From the NCBI GenBank assembly GCA_946623295.1, contig CAMOQY010000001.1:1-29216 (forward strand): 29,216 nt of DNA, given 5' to 3'. This document shows positions 1 to 8,443 of the stretch, piece by piece. The stretch comes from an uncultured Lachnospiraceae bacterium. Its GTDB lineage: Bacteria; Bacillota; Clostridia; Lachnospirales; Lachnospiraceae. The number at the start of each line of letters is the position of its first letter. Position 1 is the first letter of the stretch. A program made the translations under genes and the position numbers. The notes under the pieces were generated by a model. The model saw only the letters and a list, made by a program, of their open reading frames with translations. It made no database searches and was not told the origin of the DNA.

Positions 1-1
1 A

Positions 2-199
2 TTCAAGGATGCCGTAGCAAACAAGCCCGGCTTCGTAAAGGCAATGTGGTGCGGAGACCTTGAGTGCGAAATGAAGATAAAGGAAGACACCACTGCAACA
101 TCCCGCTGCATGCCTTTTGAGCAGGAGCAGATCTCGCCTGTATGTGTGTGCTGCGGCCGTCCTGCCAAAAAGCTGGTCTACTGGGGCAAGGCATATTAA
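2..199 (+). CDS. proS: Prolyl-tRNA synthetase, C-terminal end (archaeal/eukaryote-type, Zn-binding domain); partial, runs in from the left edge
   Basis: Frame from nt 2 reads [65 protein letters not shown], the typical ProRS C-terminal Cys pattern ending in GKAY; not in the ORF track (which lists the antisense ORF). Confidence 0.93.
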   Translation, partial: FKDAVANKPGFVKAMWCGDLECEMKIKEDTTATSRCMPFEQEQISPVCVCCGRPAKKLVYWGKAY

Positions 200-266
200 G
201 AATGGCAAGTGTGCGATCCTGCCGCGGGCTTTACTGAAAGAGAGTTGCCGGCAGGAGATATAAAAA

Positions 267-290
267 CGGCAGGGGTGCAGGCCCCTGCCG
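267..290. other. GC-rich hairpin between proS and the XRE-type gene (no U-tract)
   Basis: CGGCAGGGG-tgcagg-CCCCTGCCG, perfect 9-bp stem; a second inverted pair TCCTGCCG (217-224)/CGGCAGGA (249-256) lies just upstream. Confidence 0.5.
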
Positions 291-302
291 GATCGTAAAA
301 AC

Positions 303-1448
303 ATGAACAACAGCAGCTACAATCAGGCACCCTACCGCGCGTTTGGCGAGAAATTCGACGCCGTCATGAGACTGTCGGATATGTCAAACGTGCTCTTCGG
401 AAGACTTGTCAACATGGACGCATCGTATATCAGCCGTTTCCGCAGCGGTACCAGGTCTCCGCGTTCAAATCCCAAGGCCGTGGAGGATATCTGCGATGTG
501 CTGCTGCGCAGGTTGAAGGACCAGGGCCGGATCGGGGAGCTGGCTGATTTTATGCATGTATCCCCGGAGACAGTCTCCGACGACGATGAGCTCTTTGCCA
601 CGTTCAGAAGCTGGCTCTTTGATATCGAAAAGGATGACGGCGCGCAGATGGCTGAAAAGCTCCTGGAGAACATCGACGCCTTCTCGCCAGATGCCAGTAT
701 GATGGAAGCCGCGATGAAACTTGCCGAGGCGGATGAGGCCGGCGAAGGACCGCGCAGCGTATATTTCGGCGCAGATGGCCTGCAGTCGGCGGTGCTCAGA
801 TTCCTGCGCGACGCCGCGGCCGCCGGCCCCGGAGAGCTGCTTCTCTATTCGGATCAAAGCATGGACTGGATGGTGAACGACTCGCAGTTCCTTATGAAAT
901 GGGCGGCACTGATGCTGCGCTGCGTAAAGAGCGGAGTCTATATACGCATCATCCATAACGTGGACCGCAATCTGGACGAGATGATGCAGGCCATTGTCAG
1001 CTGGCTGCCGCTATACATGTCCGGACGCATCGAGTCGTATTACTGCAAAAAACAGAGAAATCTGCGTTTTTCAAACACTATATTCCTCAGGCCCGGCATG
1101 GCCTGCATCAAAGGGAGCAATTTCGCCGGCACCGAGAACGAAATCGGAGTTTACCGCTATGATACCGACAGGGAGCTGCTCGATCTGCACAGATGCATCT
1201 ACGACAGGCTTCTCTCCGAGTCGCGGGCGCTGGTGCGCATCTACGGTAATTCCGAGCTGGCAGACAGACTTATCGCCAGCAGCGCCTATACGGTCCCCAA
1301 CCTGCCCTTCAAAAACGTCCAGGTCGCCATTTCCGAGAGATCGGTAGACGTGAGCAGACTTGCCGCTCCTAAAGTAACGTTCACCATCACTCATCCCGCG
1401 CTCTGCAGGGCCTTTGCCGCTTACGCCGAGAAGGCGGGAGAGAAGTAG
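303..1448 (+). CDS. Putative transcriptional regulator: N-terminal XRE-like HTH plus uncharacterised C-terminal domain (381 aa)
   Basis: N-terminal MRLSDMSNVLFGRLVNMDASYISRFRSGTRSP fits an XRE/Cro HTH; long ORF ending at a bidirectional terminator; no clear SD so the start is uncertain. Confidence 0.7.
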   Translation: MNNSSYNQAPYRAFGEKFDAVMRLSDMSNVLFGRLVNMDASYISRFRSGTRSPRSNPKAVEDICDVLLRRLKDQGRIGELADFMHVSPETVSDDDELFATFRSWLFDIEKDDGAQMAEKLLENIDAFSPDASMMEAAMKLAEADEAGEGPRSVYFGADGLQSAVLRFLRDAAAAGPGELLLYSDQSMDWMVNDSQFLMKWAALMLRCVKSGVYIRIIHNVDRNLDEMMQAIVSWLPLYMSGRIESYYCKKQRNLRFSNTIFLRPGMACIKGSNFAGTENEIGVYRYDTDRELLDLHRCIYDRLLSESRALVRIYGNSELADRLIASSAYTVPNLPFKNVQVAISERSVDVSRLAAPKVTFTITHPALCRAFAAYAEKAGEK

Positions 1449-1467
1449 ACGGGCCGCAGCCGAGCAC

Positions 1468-1496
1468 AAAAAAGCCGCAGACAATGCGGCTTTTTT
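1468..1496. terminator. Bidirectional intrinsic terminator
   Basis: AAAAAAGCCGCA-gacaa-TGCGGCTTTTTT, perfect 12-bp inverted repeat with A6/T6 flanks between convergent genes. Confidence 0.9.
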
Positions 1497-1512
1497 GATG
1501 TAAAGAAATGGG

Positions 1513-2115
1513 TTATTTCAGGTTCGGACAGCGGGATGCGATATAGCTCCTGACGAATTCGAAGTCCTGATCAGCGGCATAGACCTGGTTATGCTGAAGG
1601 GCGCCGTTCACTTTGATAAGATGGCGGCGGGGGTATGCTTTGATACTCCGCACCTTTTGAAAATCCGAGTACATCTCCGTGCGCTGAGCATTCAGTCCGG
1701 CGCCTGCAGCGGAGGGCCTGCCGCTGAGCGCACCGGCTGCTGCGGCAAACTGCCCGATCTTTTTGGCTTTCTTTGCCTGATCAGCGCTCTGGCTGTGCTT
1801 TATACCATGCTCGTCCATCTCAAAGTCTACGATATACTTACCGCCCATTATCAGAGCATAGATCAGGTATCCGATCCCGGTAAGGACAGTCATTCCCAGT
1901 ACAAAGTATCCGAATAATTTCAGATTATCAGGAAGGTTCACCGTTCCCCAGTCGATCAGATCCAGGACGGCGATCAGTGCAAAGATGCCGAGGATAATGA
2001 AGAAAAAGATCTTCCAGATCAGAAAAAAGTAAACAGGATTCCGGTACAGGCTGACCTCGTACCTCCAGCGGTAGATTCCGTTGTCATCAAGTGTTATATT
2101 GCTGCTGACCTGCAT
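1513..2115 (-). CDS. Hypothetical membrane protein (about 2 TM helices plus soluble C-terminal region, 200 aa)
   Basis: Start moved to ATG at 2115 preceded by AAGGAGGG; two hydrophobic segments (VYFFLIWKIFFFIILGIFALIAVL; FGYFVLGMTVLTGIGYLIYALIMGG). Confidence 0.75.
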   Translation of the reverse strand: MQVSSNITLDDNGIYRWRYEVSLYRNPVYFFLIWKIFFFIILGIFALIAVLDLIDWGTVNLPDNLKLFGYFVLGMTVLTGIGYLIYALIMGGKYIVDFEMDEHGIKHSQSADQAKKAKKIGQFAAAAGALSGRPSAAGAGLNAQRTEMYSDFQKVRSIKAYPRRHLIKVNGALQHNQVYAADQDFEFVRSYIASRCPNLK

Positions 2116-2194
2116 AGTGCACCCTCCTTCTTTTGGATCCATTTTAGCGGGTGCAGCGGCTGCCTTCAATCCCGGAGACGCCTTTGTCAATGAC

Positions 2195-2227
2195 ATACTT
2201 AAACCTTTATTTCCGAGGTTTAAGTAT
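2195..2227. promoter_or_regulatory. Perfect 12-9-12 inverted repeat, putative operator or RNA hairpin
   Basis: ATACTTAAACCT-ttatttccg-AGGTTTAAGTAT, 80 bp upstream of the 1513..2115 gene. Confidence 0.45.
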
Positions 2228-2243
2228 ATTTTTACGTTGATCG

Positions 2244-2269
2244 GCCTGCCGCATGAGATCGCGGCAGGC
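2244..2269 (-). terminator. GC-rich hairpin right after malQ stop (possible terminator or 3' stabiliser; no U-tract on the minus strand)
   Basis: GCCTGCCGC-atgagatc-GCGGCAGGC, 9-bp stem. Confidence 0.5.
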
Positions 2270-2270
2270 T

Positions 2271-3767
2271 TTATTCTTCTCCTGAAAGCTCGCAGCGGCC
2301 GTAGAGCGCTGTCATCGCGGCGATCTCCGAAGCGAGCTTTGCGGTCAGAGATCCGGGAAGCATACGCCAGCGCCAGTTTCCATCGAGTATTCCCGGAGTG
2401 TTAATACGCGCGCTGCCGTCCAGCTCCAGCCAGTCCTGCATCTGGGCGATAAAAAGGTTCGCGGTGGAGCTCATACCGCCGCGGATGATCCCGCGAACGT
2501 AGCCTTCGTCCTTGTTCAGCCCAAAGTATCTGACCGCAAGAGCGCGGACCTCGTCATCGGCCCCATCCAGCCATCCGCGTATGGTATCATTGTCATGAGT
2601 GCCGGGATAGCAGATGCAGTTAGCGGTATAATTATGAGGCATATCCTTTGAGTCCTGGGAATAAAAGGCAAATTCGAGCACGCGCATTCCCGGAAGACCG
2701 GAATCCTTGAGGAGCTGTTCTACCTCCGGTGTGGGATATCCCAGATCTTCCGCGATGAATTCTGTATCACGGAACCAGCTCGTAAGCCTGCCCACGAGAT
2801 CCATGCCGGGACCTTTTACCCAGCATCCGTTTTTTGCGGTAGTCTCATCAGCTGGAACCGTCCAGTAGCTTTCGATCCCGCGGAAATGATCTATCCGGAT
2901 CATATCATAGAGCCTGGCTGCGCCGCCGACTCTGCGTATCCACCAGCCGTAGCCGTCCTGCGCCATCCGGTCGTAGTCATACAGCGGATTTCCCCAGAGC
3001 TGCCCGTCGTCCGTAAAATCATCCGGCGGCACTCCTGCCACCTTTACCGGTGTATTCTGGTCATCGAGCTGGAAGTACTGCGGATCAGCCCACACGTCAG
3101 CTGAATCGAGCGCTACGTAAAGCGCCATGTCGCCGATGATCCGGATGCCTTTTTCATGCGCATACTCGCGCAGCTGTTCCCACTGTTTAAAAAAGAGGTA
3201 CTGCGTATAGATATAGAACCGCACATCATCCTCAAGCATGCGGCCGTATTTTTCAACAGCGTCTGCTCTGTGCAGTCTGATTTCTTCGTCGGGCCATTCG
3301 AGCCAGCTTTTCATCCCAAAATGCTTTTTTACGGCCATGAAGAGCGCGTAATCGCAAAGCCAGCCTGAGTTTTCATCCGTAAAACGGCTGAGTGCATCGC
3401 TCTCGCGCGCGTATCCTCGCTTATATGCCTTATAGAGGAGTTTTTCGCGGTTCTCATATAAAAGGCCGTAATCGACCTTTTCCGGATCGTCTCCCCAGCA
3501 CAGGCCGTCGATCTCCTCCTGTGTCAGAAGGCCGTCCGCGGCAAGTATATCGAGATCGATAAAATAAGGATTGCCTGCATAAGCGGAGGGACTCTGATAA
3601 GGAGAGTCCCCCACGCTTGTCCGGCCCGCGGGAAGTATCTGCCACCAGCTCTGTTCCGCCTCGGCAAGAAAATCGATAAAATCACGGGCCGCCTGCCCGA
3701 GAGTCCCTATACCGTAAGGAGAGGGAAGGGATGACACGGGCATTAGTATTCCACTGCTTCTTTTCAT
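2271..3767 (-). CDS. malQ: 4-alpha-glucanotransferase (amylomaltase, GH77), 498 aa
   Basis: MKRSSGILMPVSSLPSPYGIG start, SPYQSPSAYAGNP, GVPPD, LWGNPLY, RIDHFRG, AEDLG, THDNDT motifs; real start 3767, 2 nt after the permease stop. Confidence 0.96.
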   Translation of the reverse strand: MKRSSGILMPVSSLPSPYGIGTLGQAARDFIDFLAEAEQSWWQILPAGRTSVGDSPYQSPSAYAGNPYFIDLDILAADGLLTQEEIDGLCWGDDPEKVDYGLLYENREKLLYKAYKRGYARESDALSRFTDENSGWLCDYALFMAVKKHFGMKSWLEWPDEEIRLHRADAVEKYGRMLEDDVRFYIYTQYLFFKQWEQLREYAHEKGIRIIGDMALYVALDSADVWADPQYFQLDDQNTPVKVAGVPPDDFTDDGQLWGNPLYDYDRMAQDGYGWWIRRVGGAARLYDMIRIDHFRGIESYWTVPADETTAKNGCWVKGPGMDLVGRLTSWFRDTEFIAEDLGYPTPEVEQLLKDSGLPGMRVLEFAFYSQDSKDMPHNYTANCICYPGTHDNDTIRGWLDGADDEVRALAVRYFGLNKDEGYVRGIIRGGMSSTANLFIAQMQDWLELDGSARINTPGILDGNWRWRMLPGSLTAKLASEIAAMTALYGRCELSGEE

Positions 3768-3769
3768 TT

Positions 3770-4630
3770 TTAGCCTTTTACAGCGCCGGCTGCAACTCCC
3801 TTGATGATATATTTCTGGCAGATGAGGTAGAAGACGATGACGGGTATGATGCTGAGGAGTATCAGCGCCATCGTTGCGCCGAGATCTACCGTGCCGTAGC
3901 TTCCCTTCAGATACTGGATGTGGATGGGTATCGTGCGGTAATCGTTTATATCCAGCACGAGATAGGGCAGCAGATAGTCGTTCCAGACCCACATGATCTC
4001 AAGTATTCCCACGGAGATGAGGGTAGGCTTGAGCATGGGCAGTACCACGGAAAAGAACGTGCGCACCGGACCGCAGCCGTCGATAGAGGCCGCCTCTTCG
4101 ATCTCGATGGGGATCGATTTGACAAAGCCAACGAACATGAAGATCGCCAGACCCGCTCCAAAGCCCAGATACACGATGGGGATCGTCCAGGGAGTGTTGA
4201 GCTTTAACGTATCCGCGGTCTTTGACAGCGTATACATGACCATCTGGAACGGCACCACCATGGAAAATACACATAGATAATATATAATCCGGCAGAGCTT
4301 TGAATCAACTCTGGCTATGTACCACGCGCCCATGGAGCAGCAGATCAGTATCAGAGCCGTTGAGGAGATGGTGATGAGAGCACTGTAGCCTGCGCTCTTC
4401 CAGAAAGGATAGTTGCCGAAGGTCATTCCCTTTTCAAAATTGTCCAGACCGGCGAAGGAATCCTCGTCAGGGAGAGCAAAGGTATCGGTCTTGACGTAGG
4501 TATTCTCTTTAAAGGAATTTACAACGACGCTAAGGACGGGCATCATATATACGATGCAGACCAGCGCGAGCACGATGGACATGACGGTCTTGCGCCTGCG
4601 CTCGGCGGAGAGACTTCCTGCAGTGTTCAT
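3770..4630 (-). CDS. Carbohydrate ABC transporter permease (MalG/UgpE-like, CUT1)
   Basis: EAA loop IEEAASIDGCG, WNDYLLP motif, multiple TM helices; TAATG overlap with the upstream permease. Confidence 0.93.
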   Translation of the reverse strand: MNTAGSLSAERRRKTVMSIVLALVCIVYMMPVLSVVVNSFKENTYVKTDTFALPDEDSFAGLDNFEKGMTFGNYPFWKSAGYSALITISSTALILICCSMGAWYIARVDSKLCRIIYYLCVFSMVVPFQMVMYTLSKTADTLKLNTPWTIPIVYLGFGAGLAIFMFVGFVKSIPIEIEEAASIDGCGPVRTFFSVVLPMLKPTLISVGILEIMWVWNDYLLPYLVLDINDYRTIPIHIQYLKGSYGTVDLGATMALILLSIIPVIVFYLICQKYIIKGVAAGAVKG

Positions 4631-5550
4631 TACTGCTGCACCTCCTTTCTTCTGGTAAAGCGGAGCTGGATCAGTCCGAGAGCCGCGACAAGTATGAAGA
4701 ACAGTACGGCCTTGGCCTGAGCGACGCCGGTCGCGGACGTATTCTGTCCGTAGAATGTGTTAAAGATATTAAGAGCGAGCATTTCGGTCTGCTTGATCTG
4801 CGAGCCGTCCGACAGAATGGTGATGGGCAGACCGCCCGTCAGAGCCAGGTTCTGATCAAAGAGCTTGAAACCGTTTGTCAGAGAAAGGAACGTGCAGATC
4901 GTGATCGAAGGCATGATATTGGGTATGGTGACCTTGAAAAGAGTCTGCCATTTGCTTGCGCCGTCGATCTTTGCGGCCTCGAGCATATCCTCCGGGACGG
5001 CCTGAAGTCCGGCGATATATATGATCATCATATATCCTATCTGCTGCCAGCAGACGAGGATGATCAGGCCCCAGAAGCCGAAGGTGGAGTTCTCCAGGAT
5101 CGACGTACCGTAACGGCTGAGGATGCCGTCAAAGATCATGGACCAGATATAGCCGAGGACGATACCGCCGATCAGGTTTGGCATAAAGAAGACCGTGCGG
5201 AAAAGATTGCTGCCCTTGATGCCCTGCGTAAGCAGATACGCTACGGTAAACGCCAGAATATTGATAATGATCAGACTGGCTATCGCGAAAAGCGCTGTAT
5301 ACCAGAAGGCTCTGTTAAAGGACGGGTCGGCGAGCGCCCTGCCGTAGTTGCCAAAACCTATGAACTCGGCGTCCTTTATCAGCCTGAATTTACAGAGTGA
5401 GAGATAGATGCCCTGAATGAATGGCCAGATAAATCCGATGGCAAAGCACACAACGACCGGTCCCATGAACAGCCAGGACCATTTGCGCATGGATCTTATC
5501 TTGGCGGGCTTCTTTTTTAAAGCTGAGAAATTACTTTTATTGTTTTTCAC
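4630..5550 (-). CDS. Carbohydrate ABC transporter permease (MalF/UgpA-like, CUT1)
   Basis: EAA loop MLEAAKIDGASKWQ, FIGFGNY, FFMPNLIGG; likely GTG start at 5550 with GGAGG SD. Confidence 0.93.
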   Translation of the reverse strand: MKNNKSNFSALKKKPAKIRSMRKWSWLFMGPVVVCFAIGFIWPFIQGIYLSLCKFRLIKDAEFIGFGNYGRALADPSFNRAFWYTALFAIASLIIINILAFTVAYLLTQGIKGSNLFRTVFFMPNLIGGIVLGYIWSMIFDGILSRYGTSILENSTFGFWGLIILVCWQQIGYMMIIYIAGLQAVPEDMLEAAKIDGASKWQTLFKVTIPNIMPSITICTFLSLTNGFKLFDQNLALTGGLPITILSDGSQIKQTEMLALNIFNTFYGQNTSATGVAQAKAVLFFILVAALGLIQLRFTRRKEVQQ

Positions 5551-5579
5551 GGGGAACCCCCTCCAGATACTACATTTAC

Positions 5580-5618
5580 AAAAAAAACAGCGGGGCGGGC
5601 AGACGGCTCGCCCCGCCG
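5580..5618 (-). terminator. Intra-operon terminator/stabiliser after the solute-binding protein gene
   Basis: Minus strand CGGCGGGGCGAGC-cgtct-GCCCGCCCCGCTG followed by a U8 tract. Confidence 0.8.
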
Positions 5619-5653
5619 CAGTCACACGCTGATGCGCGGACGGGAATCAGTGA

Positions 5654-6928
5654 TTACTGGTTCTGCTTCTGATACTGAACGGCCCAGCCGTCGATCATGG
5701 CAGTACGAACGGTCTCCCAGTTCGCGTCGGTCTGATCGGCATTGTAGGCGTTCAGAGCGGAGACAAGACCTGCGCGGTAGTCGTCAACACCGGGCTGATA
5801 GTTGGTAGCCCAGTCCATGACGTAGCAGCCCTTGTTGGTGTACTCGTTTGCAGCAGCCAGGAAGCCGTTGGTGGACTCTGCAGCGCTCTTATAAGGCATT
5901 GCTCCGAAGGTATCGACAAGGATACGGGAAGCCTCGGCGTCGGTCACACACCATACCAGGAAGTCCATGGTGGCCTTCTGGTCTTCCTCGGAAGCCTTGG
6001 AGTTGATGGCCCAGCAGTTTTCGGTACCGCAGTTGAGGCCGGCTTTCTCCTCGCCTTCAACACCGCAGTAGTAAGGGATCATGGTGGCGTTCGGGACTGT
6101 CTCGGATACTGCTGAATACTCCCAGGAACCGTTTACAAAGAAAGCAGCCTTGCCTTCCTTGAACTCGGCCTCGGAATCATGTCCGCCTGTAGCCAGGGTC
6201 TTGGGATCCTGGGTGCTGTTGTTGATGCAGAGATCGTAGAGATTCTTGTAGTTCTCTACGTAGGTTCCCTTGAGCTCAGCGGGGCACTCGGTCCAGGTGC
6301 TGCCGGAGTCGCGCTCCTCATAGTAGTACTCAAGGTTGACCATATGGCCGGTGAATCTCCAGCTGGAGCTGGAATCCATATCGCAGGCGGAGAAGGCGTC
6401 AAAGCCCAGCTCGGCCGCGCGGCTGTGGATATCCTCGACTACAGCCTTGAGGGTGGCGAAGTTGGTGATCTCATCTACGGAGTGTCCTGCCTTCTCGAGC
6501 AGATCGGGGTTAACGATGATGCCGTAGCATTCGAAGCAGTAACCGATGGAGACGAGCTTGCCGTCAGCGGAATACAGGTTATATGCGTCGGTATTGAGTT
6601 CCTTGGCGATAGGTGTATCCTTGAGGTCGAGAGCATAGTCAGCCCAATCCTTTACGCTGTTGGTGTTTCCTACAACAAAGAGCGTAGGCGGAGCGGACTT
6701 GTCCATCTCGGACGTAAGAGTCTGGCCATAGGTGCCGGAAGCAGCCGTAACGACCTTTACGTCGACGCCGGTCTTCTCTTTGTAGAGCTTGGCGACCTCT
6801 TGAAGAGCCTCATCGGATTCGGGCTTGAAGTTAAGCCAGTAGACTGACCCCGACTTGGATTCTCCGCATGCGGACAGCAGTCCGATGCAAAGGATCACGG
6901 AAAGCAAAAGTGACAAAGCTTTTTTCAT
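5654..6928 (-). CDS. Carbohydrate ABC transporter solute-binding lipoprotein (MsmE/MalE-like; probably alpha-glucan oligosaccharides)
   Basis: Lipobox LLSAC after MKK signal; SBP_bac_1-like features (YWLNFKPE, NGSWEY); AAGGAGG SD; operon with two CUT1 permeases and malQ. Confidence 0.92.
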   Translation of the reverse strand: MKKALSLLLSVILCIGLLSACGESKSGSVYWLNFKPESDEALQEVAKLYKEKTGVDVKVVTAASGTYGQTLTSEMDKSAPPTLFVVGNTNSVKDWADYALDLKDTPIAKELNTDAYNLYSADGKLVSIGYCFECYGIIVNPDLLEKAGHSVDEITNFATLKAVVEDIHSRAAELGFDAFSACDMDSSSSWRFTGHMVNLEYYYEERDSGSTWTECPAELKGTYVENYKNLYDLCINNSTQDPKTLATGGHDSEAEFKEGKAAFFVNGSWEYSAVSETVPNATMIPYYCGVEGEEKAGLNCGTENCWAINSKASEEDQKATMDFLVWCVTDAEASRILVDTFGAMPYKSAAESTNGFLAAANEYTNKGCYVMDWATNYQPGVDDYRAGLVSALNAYNADQTDANWETVRTAMIDGWAVQYQKQNQ

Positions 6929-6961
6929 AAAAAAACCTCCTTAAAACTATAAAAGCTTTTA

Positions 6962-6985
6962 GGTTAATTAATTAACTAATTAACC
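6962..6985. promoter_or_regulatory. 24-bp near-perfect AT-rich palindrome just downstream of the -10 of the sugar ABC operon; putative repressor operator
   Basis: GGTTAATTAATTAACTAATTAACC, 22 of 24 positions self-complementary. Confidence 0.65.
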
Positions 6986-6992
6986 ACCGGAT

Positions 6993-7020
6993 AGTATATC
7001 ACTTTTTTTTTCCATGTCAA
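6993..7020 (-). promoter_or_regulatory. Sigma-A promoter of the sugar ABC-malQ operon
   Basis: TTGACA-N16-TATACT with extended TGn. Confidence 0.8.
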
Positions 7021-7051
7021 CTATGTGGATCATGTCGGAAATTGCTTCTGA

Positions 7052-8389
7052 TCATGGATCAAGCTCGGACGCTCTGCGAAGCAGATACCCGCGCTCGTTC
7101 CTCGACGGGTCCTCCAGCACCTCGTCAAGAAGCGCGCCGAGTATCTTTCCCATGCCGGGGCCGGGCTTTATCCCGGCGGAGATAAGGTCGCCTCCGGTGA
7201 TGGCGAGATGCTTTATATCTACGCAGTCGCCGCGCTCCGTGATGGTGCGGTGAAGCTCCTCTATCTTTTCGATCGTGCGGATCCTGCGGTCGCGCGTGGA
7301 ATCGCTCTTTGCCGCGTTGTCGGCGCGCATGAGCAGCATCAGATCGTCAAAAAGCTCCCCGATCAGATTCATCGCGCGCCTTACGCCGGCCTCGTCCTTG
7401 GGAAAGAGAAAATCGTGATATCTGATGAGGGTCGATACTTCGGATATGGTGGCGTTGTCAAGCCTCATATCGCGCAGCCATTTTTCCGCAAAGGCAGCTC
7501 CCGCGATATGATGATCTATAAAGGTATCGTAGCCTTCGGCATTTTTGCCCTTTGTAACAGGCTTGGCTATGTCGTGCAGAAGCGCGGCGAGCCTGAGTCT
7601 GACGGTGGGCGGCACGCCTTGCATGACGGCGAGCGTGTGCTGACCCGCGTTGTATTTGTGGGACGGGCAGTTCTGGGTGCATACCATGAGCTCATCAAAC
7701 TCCGGGAGGATAACGCCCGTTATGCCTGTATCATAGAGCACCTCAAAGGTCTCCGGATAGGGCGAGGTGATGAGCTTGAGCAGCTCGTCGCGGATACGCT
7801 CGCGGCTGATCAGCCTGAGCCTTGGCGCAAAATCACGCAGCGCCAGATATGTTTCGGGATCTATGGCAAAGCCCAGCTGCGCGGAAAATCTTACGGCTCT
7901 CATGATGCGGAGAGCATCCTCGTCAAATCTTGCGGCAGGATCGCCAACGGCGCGTATGACGCCGGCGGCCAGGTCCTCAAGCCCGCCGTAGGGATCGGCA
8001 AGGCCCAGGGAGGGATGGTAGGCCATGGCATTTATCGTAAAGTCACGCCGGCGCAGATCCTCTTCAAGACTGGCGGTGAAGGTGACTTCCTTTGGGTGGC
8101 GGCTGTCTTCGTAGACGCCGTCGATACGGTATGTCGTGACCTCAAACTGTCCCTCGCGCAGCAGCACCGTAACAGTGCCGTGCTTTATCCCGGTGTCGAT
8201 GGTGCGCCGGAACACCTCTTTTACCTGCGCGGGCAGCGCGGAAGTGGTGATATCCCAGTCGTTGGGCTCGCGGCCGAGCAGCGCGTCGCGCACGCACCCG
8301 CCCACGGCGTAGGCTTCGTGCCCCGCCGCATTTAGTTTTTTCAGTATGTAACTGACCGGTTCAGGTATGTCTATTCTTATTTCTTCCAT
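7052..8389 (-). CDS. cca: CCA-adding tRNA nucleotidyltransferase (class II) with HD domain
   Basis: GGCVRD, DWDITT, RRDFTINAM, EDALRIMRAVRF motifs; HD region HTL...LLHDIAKP. Confidence 0.95.
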   Translation of the reverse strand: MEEIRIDIPEPVSYILKKLNAAGHEAYAVGGCVRDALLGREPNDWDITTSALPAQVKEVFRRTIDTGIKHGTVTVLLREGQFEVTTYRIDGVYEDSRHPKEVTFTASLEEDLRRRDFTINAMAYHPSLGLADPYGGLEDLAAGVIRAVGDPAARFDEDALRIMRAVRFSAQLGFAIDPETYLALRDFAPRLRLISRERIRDELLKLITSPYPETFEVLYDTGITGVILPEFDELMVCTQNCPSHKYNAGQHTLAVMQGVPPTVRLRLAALLHDIAKPVTKGKNAEGYDTFIDHHIAGAAFAEKWLRDMRLDNATISEVSTLIRYHDFLFPKDEAGVRRAMNLIGELFDDLMLLMRADNAAKSDSTRDRRIRTIEKIEELHRTITERGDCVDIKHLAITGGDLISAGIKPGPGMGKILGALLDEVLEDPSRNERGYLLRRASELDP

Positions 8390-8413
8390 ATATTCTGTAA
8401 TAAAAACGCAGAA

Positions 8414-8436
8414 ACGGACCGCCTGCCGCGGCCCGT
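8414..8436 (-). terminator. Hairpin after the small Cys-rich gene (weak terminator candidate)
   Basis: Minus strand ACGGGCCGC-ggcag-GCGGTCCGT (9 bp with one G-U) then TTCTGCGTTTTT. Confidence 0.5.
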
Positions 8437-8443
8437 CGCTACA

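Noticed and set aside
2195-2227. CIRCE (HrcA) element
   Set aside because: Same 9-bp spacer but arms do not match TTAGCACTC
3768-3992. N-terminal extensions in the ORF track (malQ to 3992, permease to 5625, E2-like to 9600, tyrS from 17100, ECF-S from 23600, Na/Pi to 23522, SBP from 26747)
   Set aside because: They overlap neighbouring genes, terminators or promoters; downstream starts have SD sequences or family-typical N-termini
7208-8335. Long antisense ORFs, e.g. 7208..8335 (+), 15290..16282 (-), 18547..19470 (-), 28483..29190 (-), 3..194 (-), 8453..8704 (+)
   Set aside because: Shadows of well-supported genes on the opposite strand in GC-rich DNA; no motifs or ribosome-binding sites
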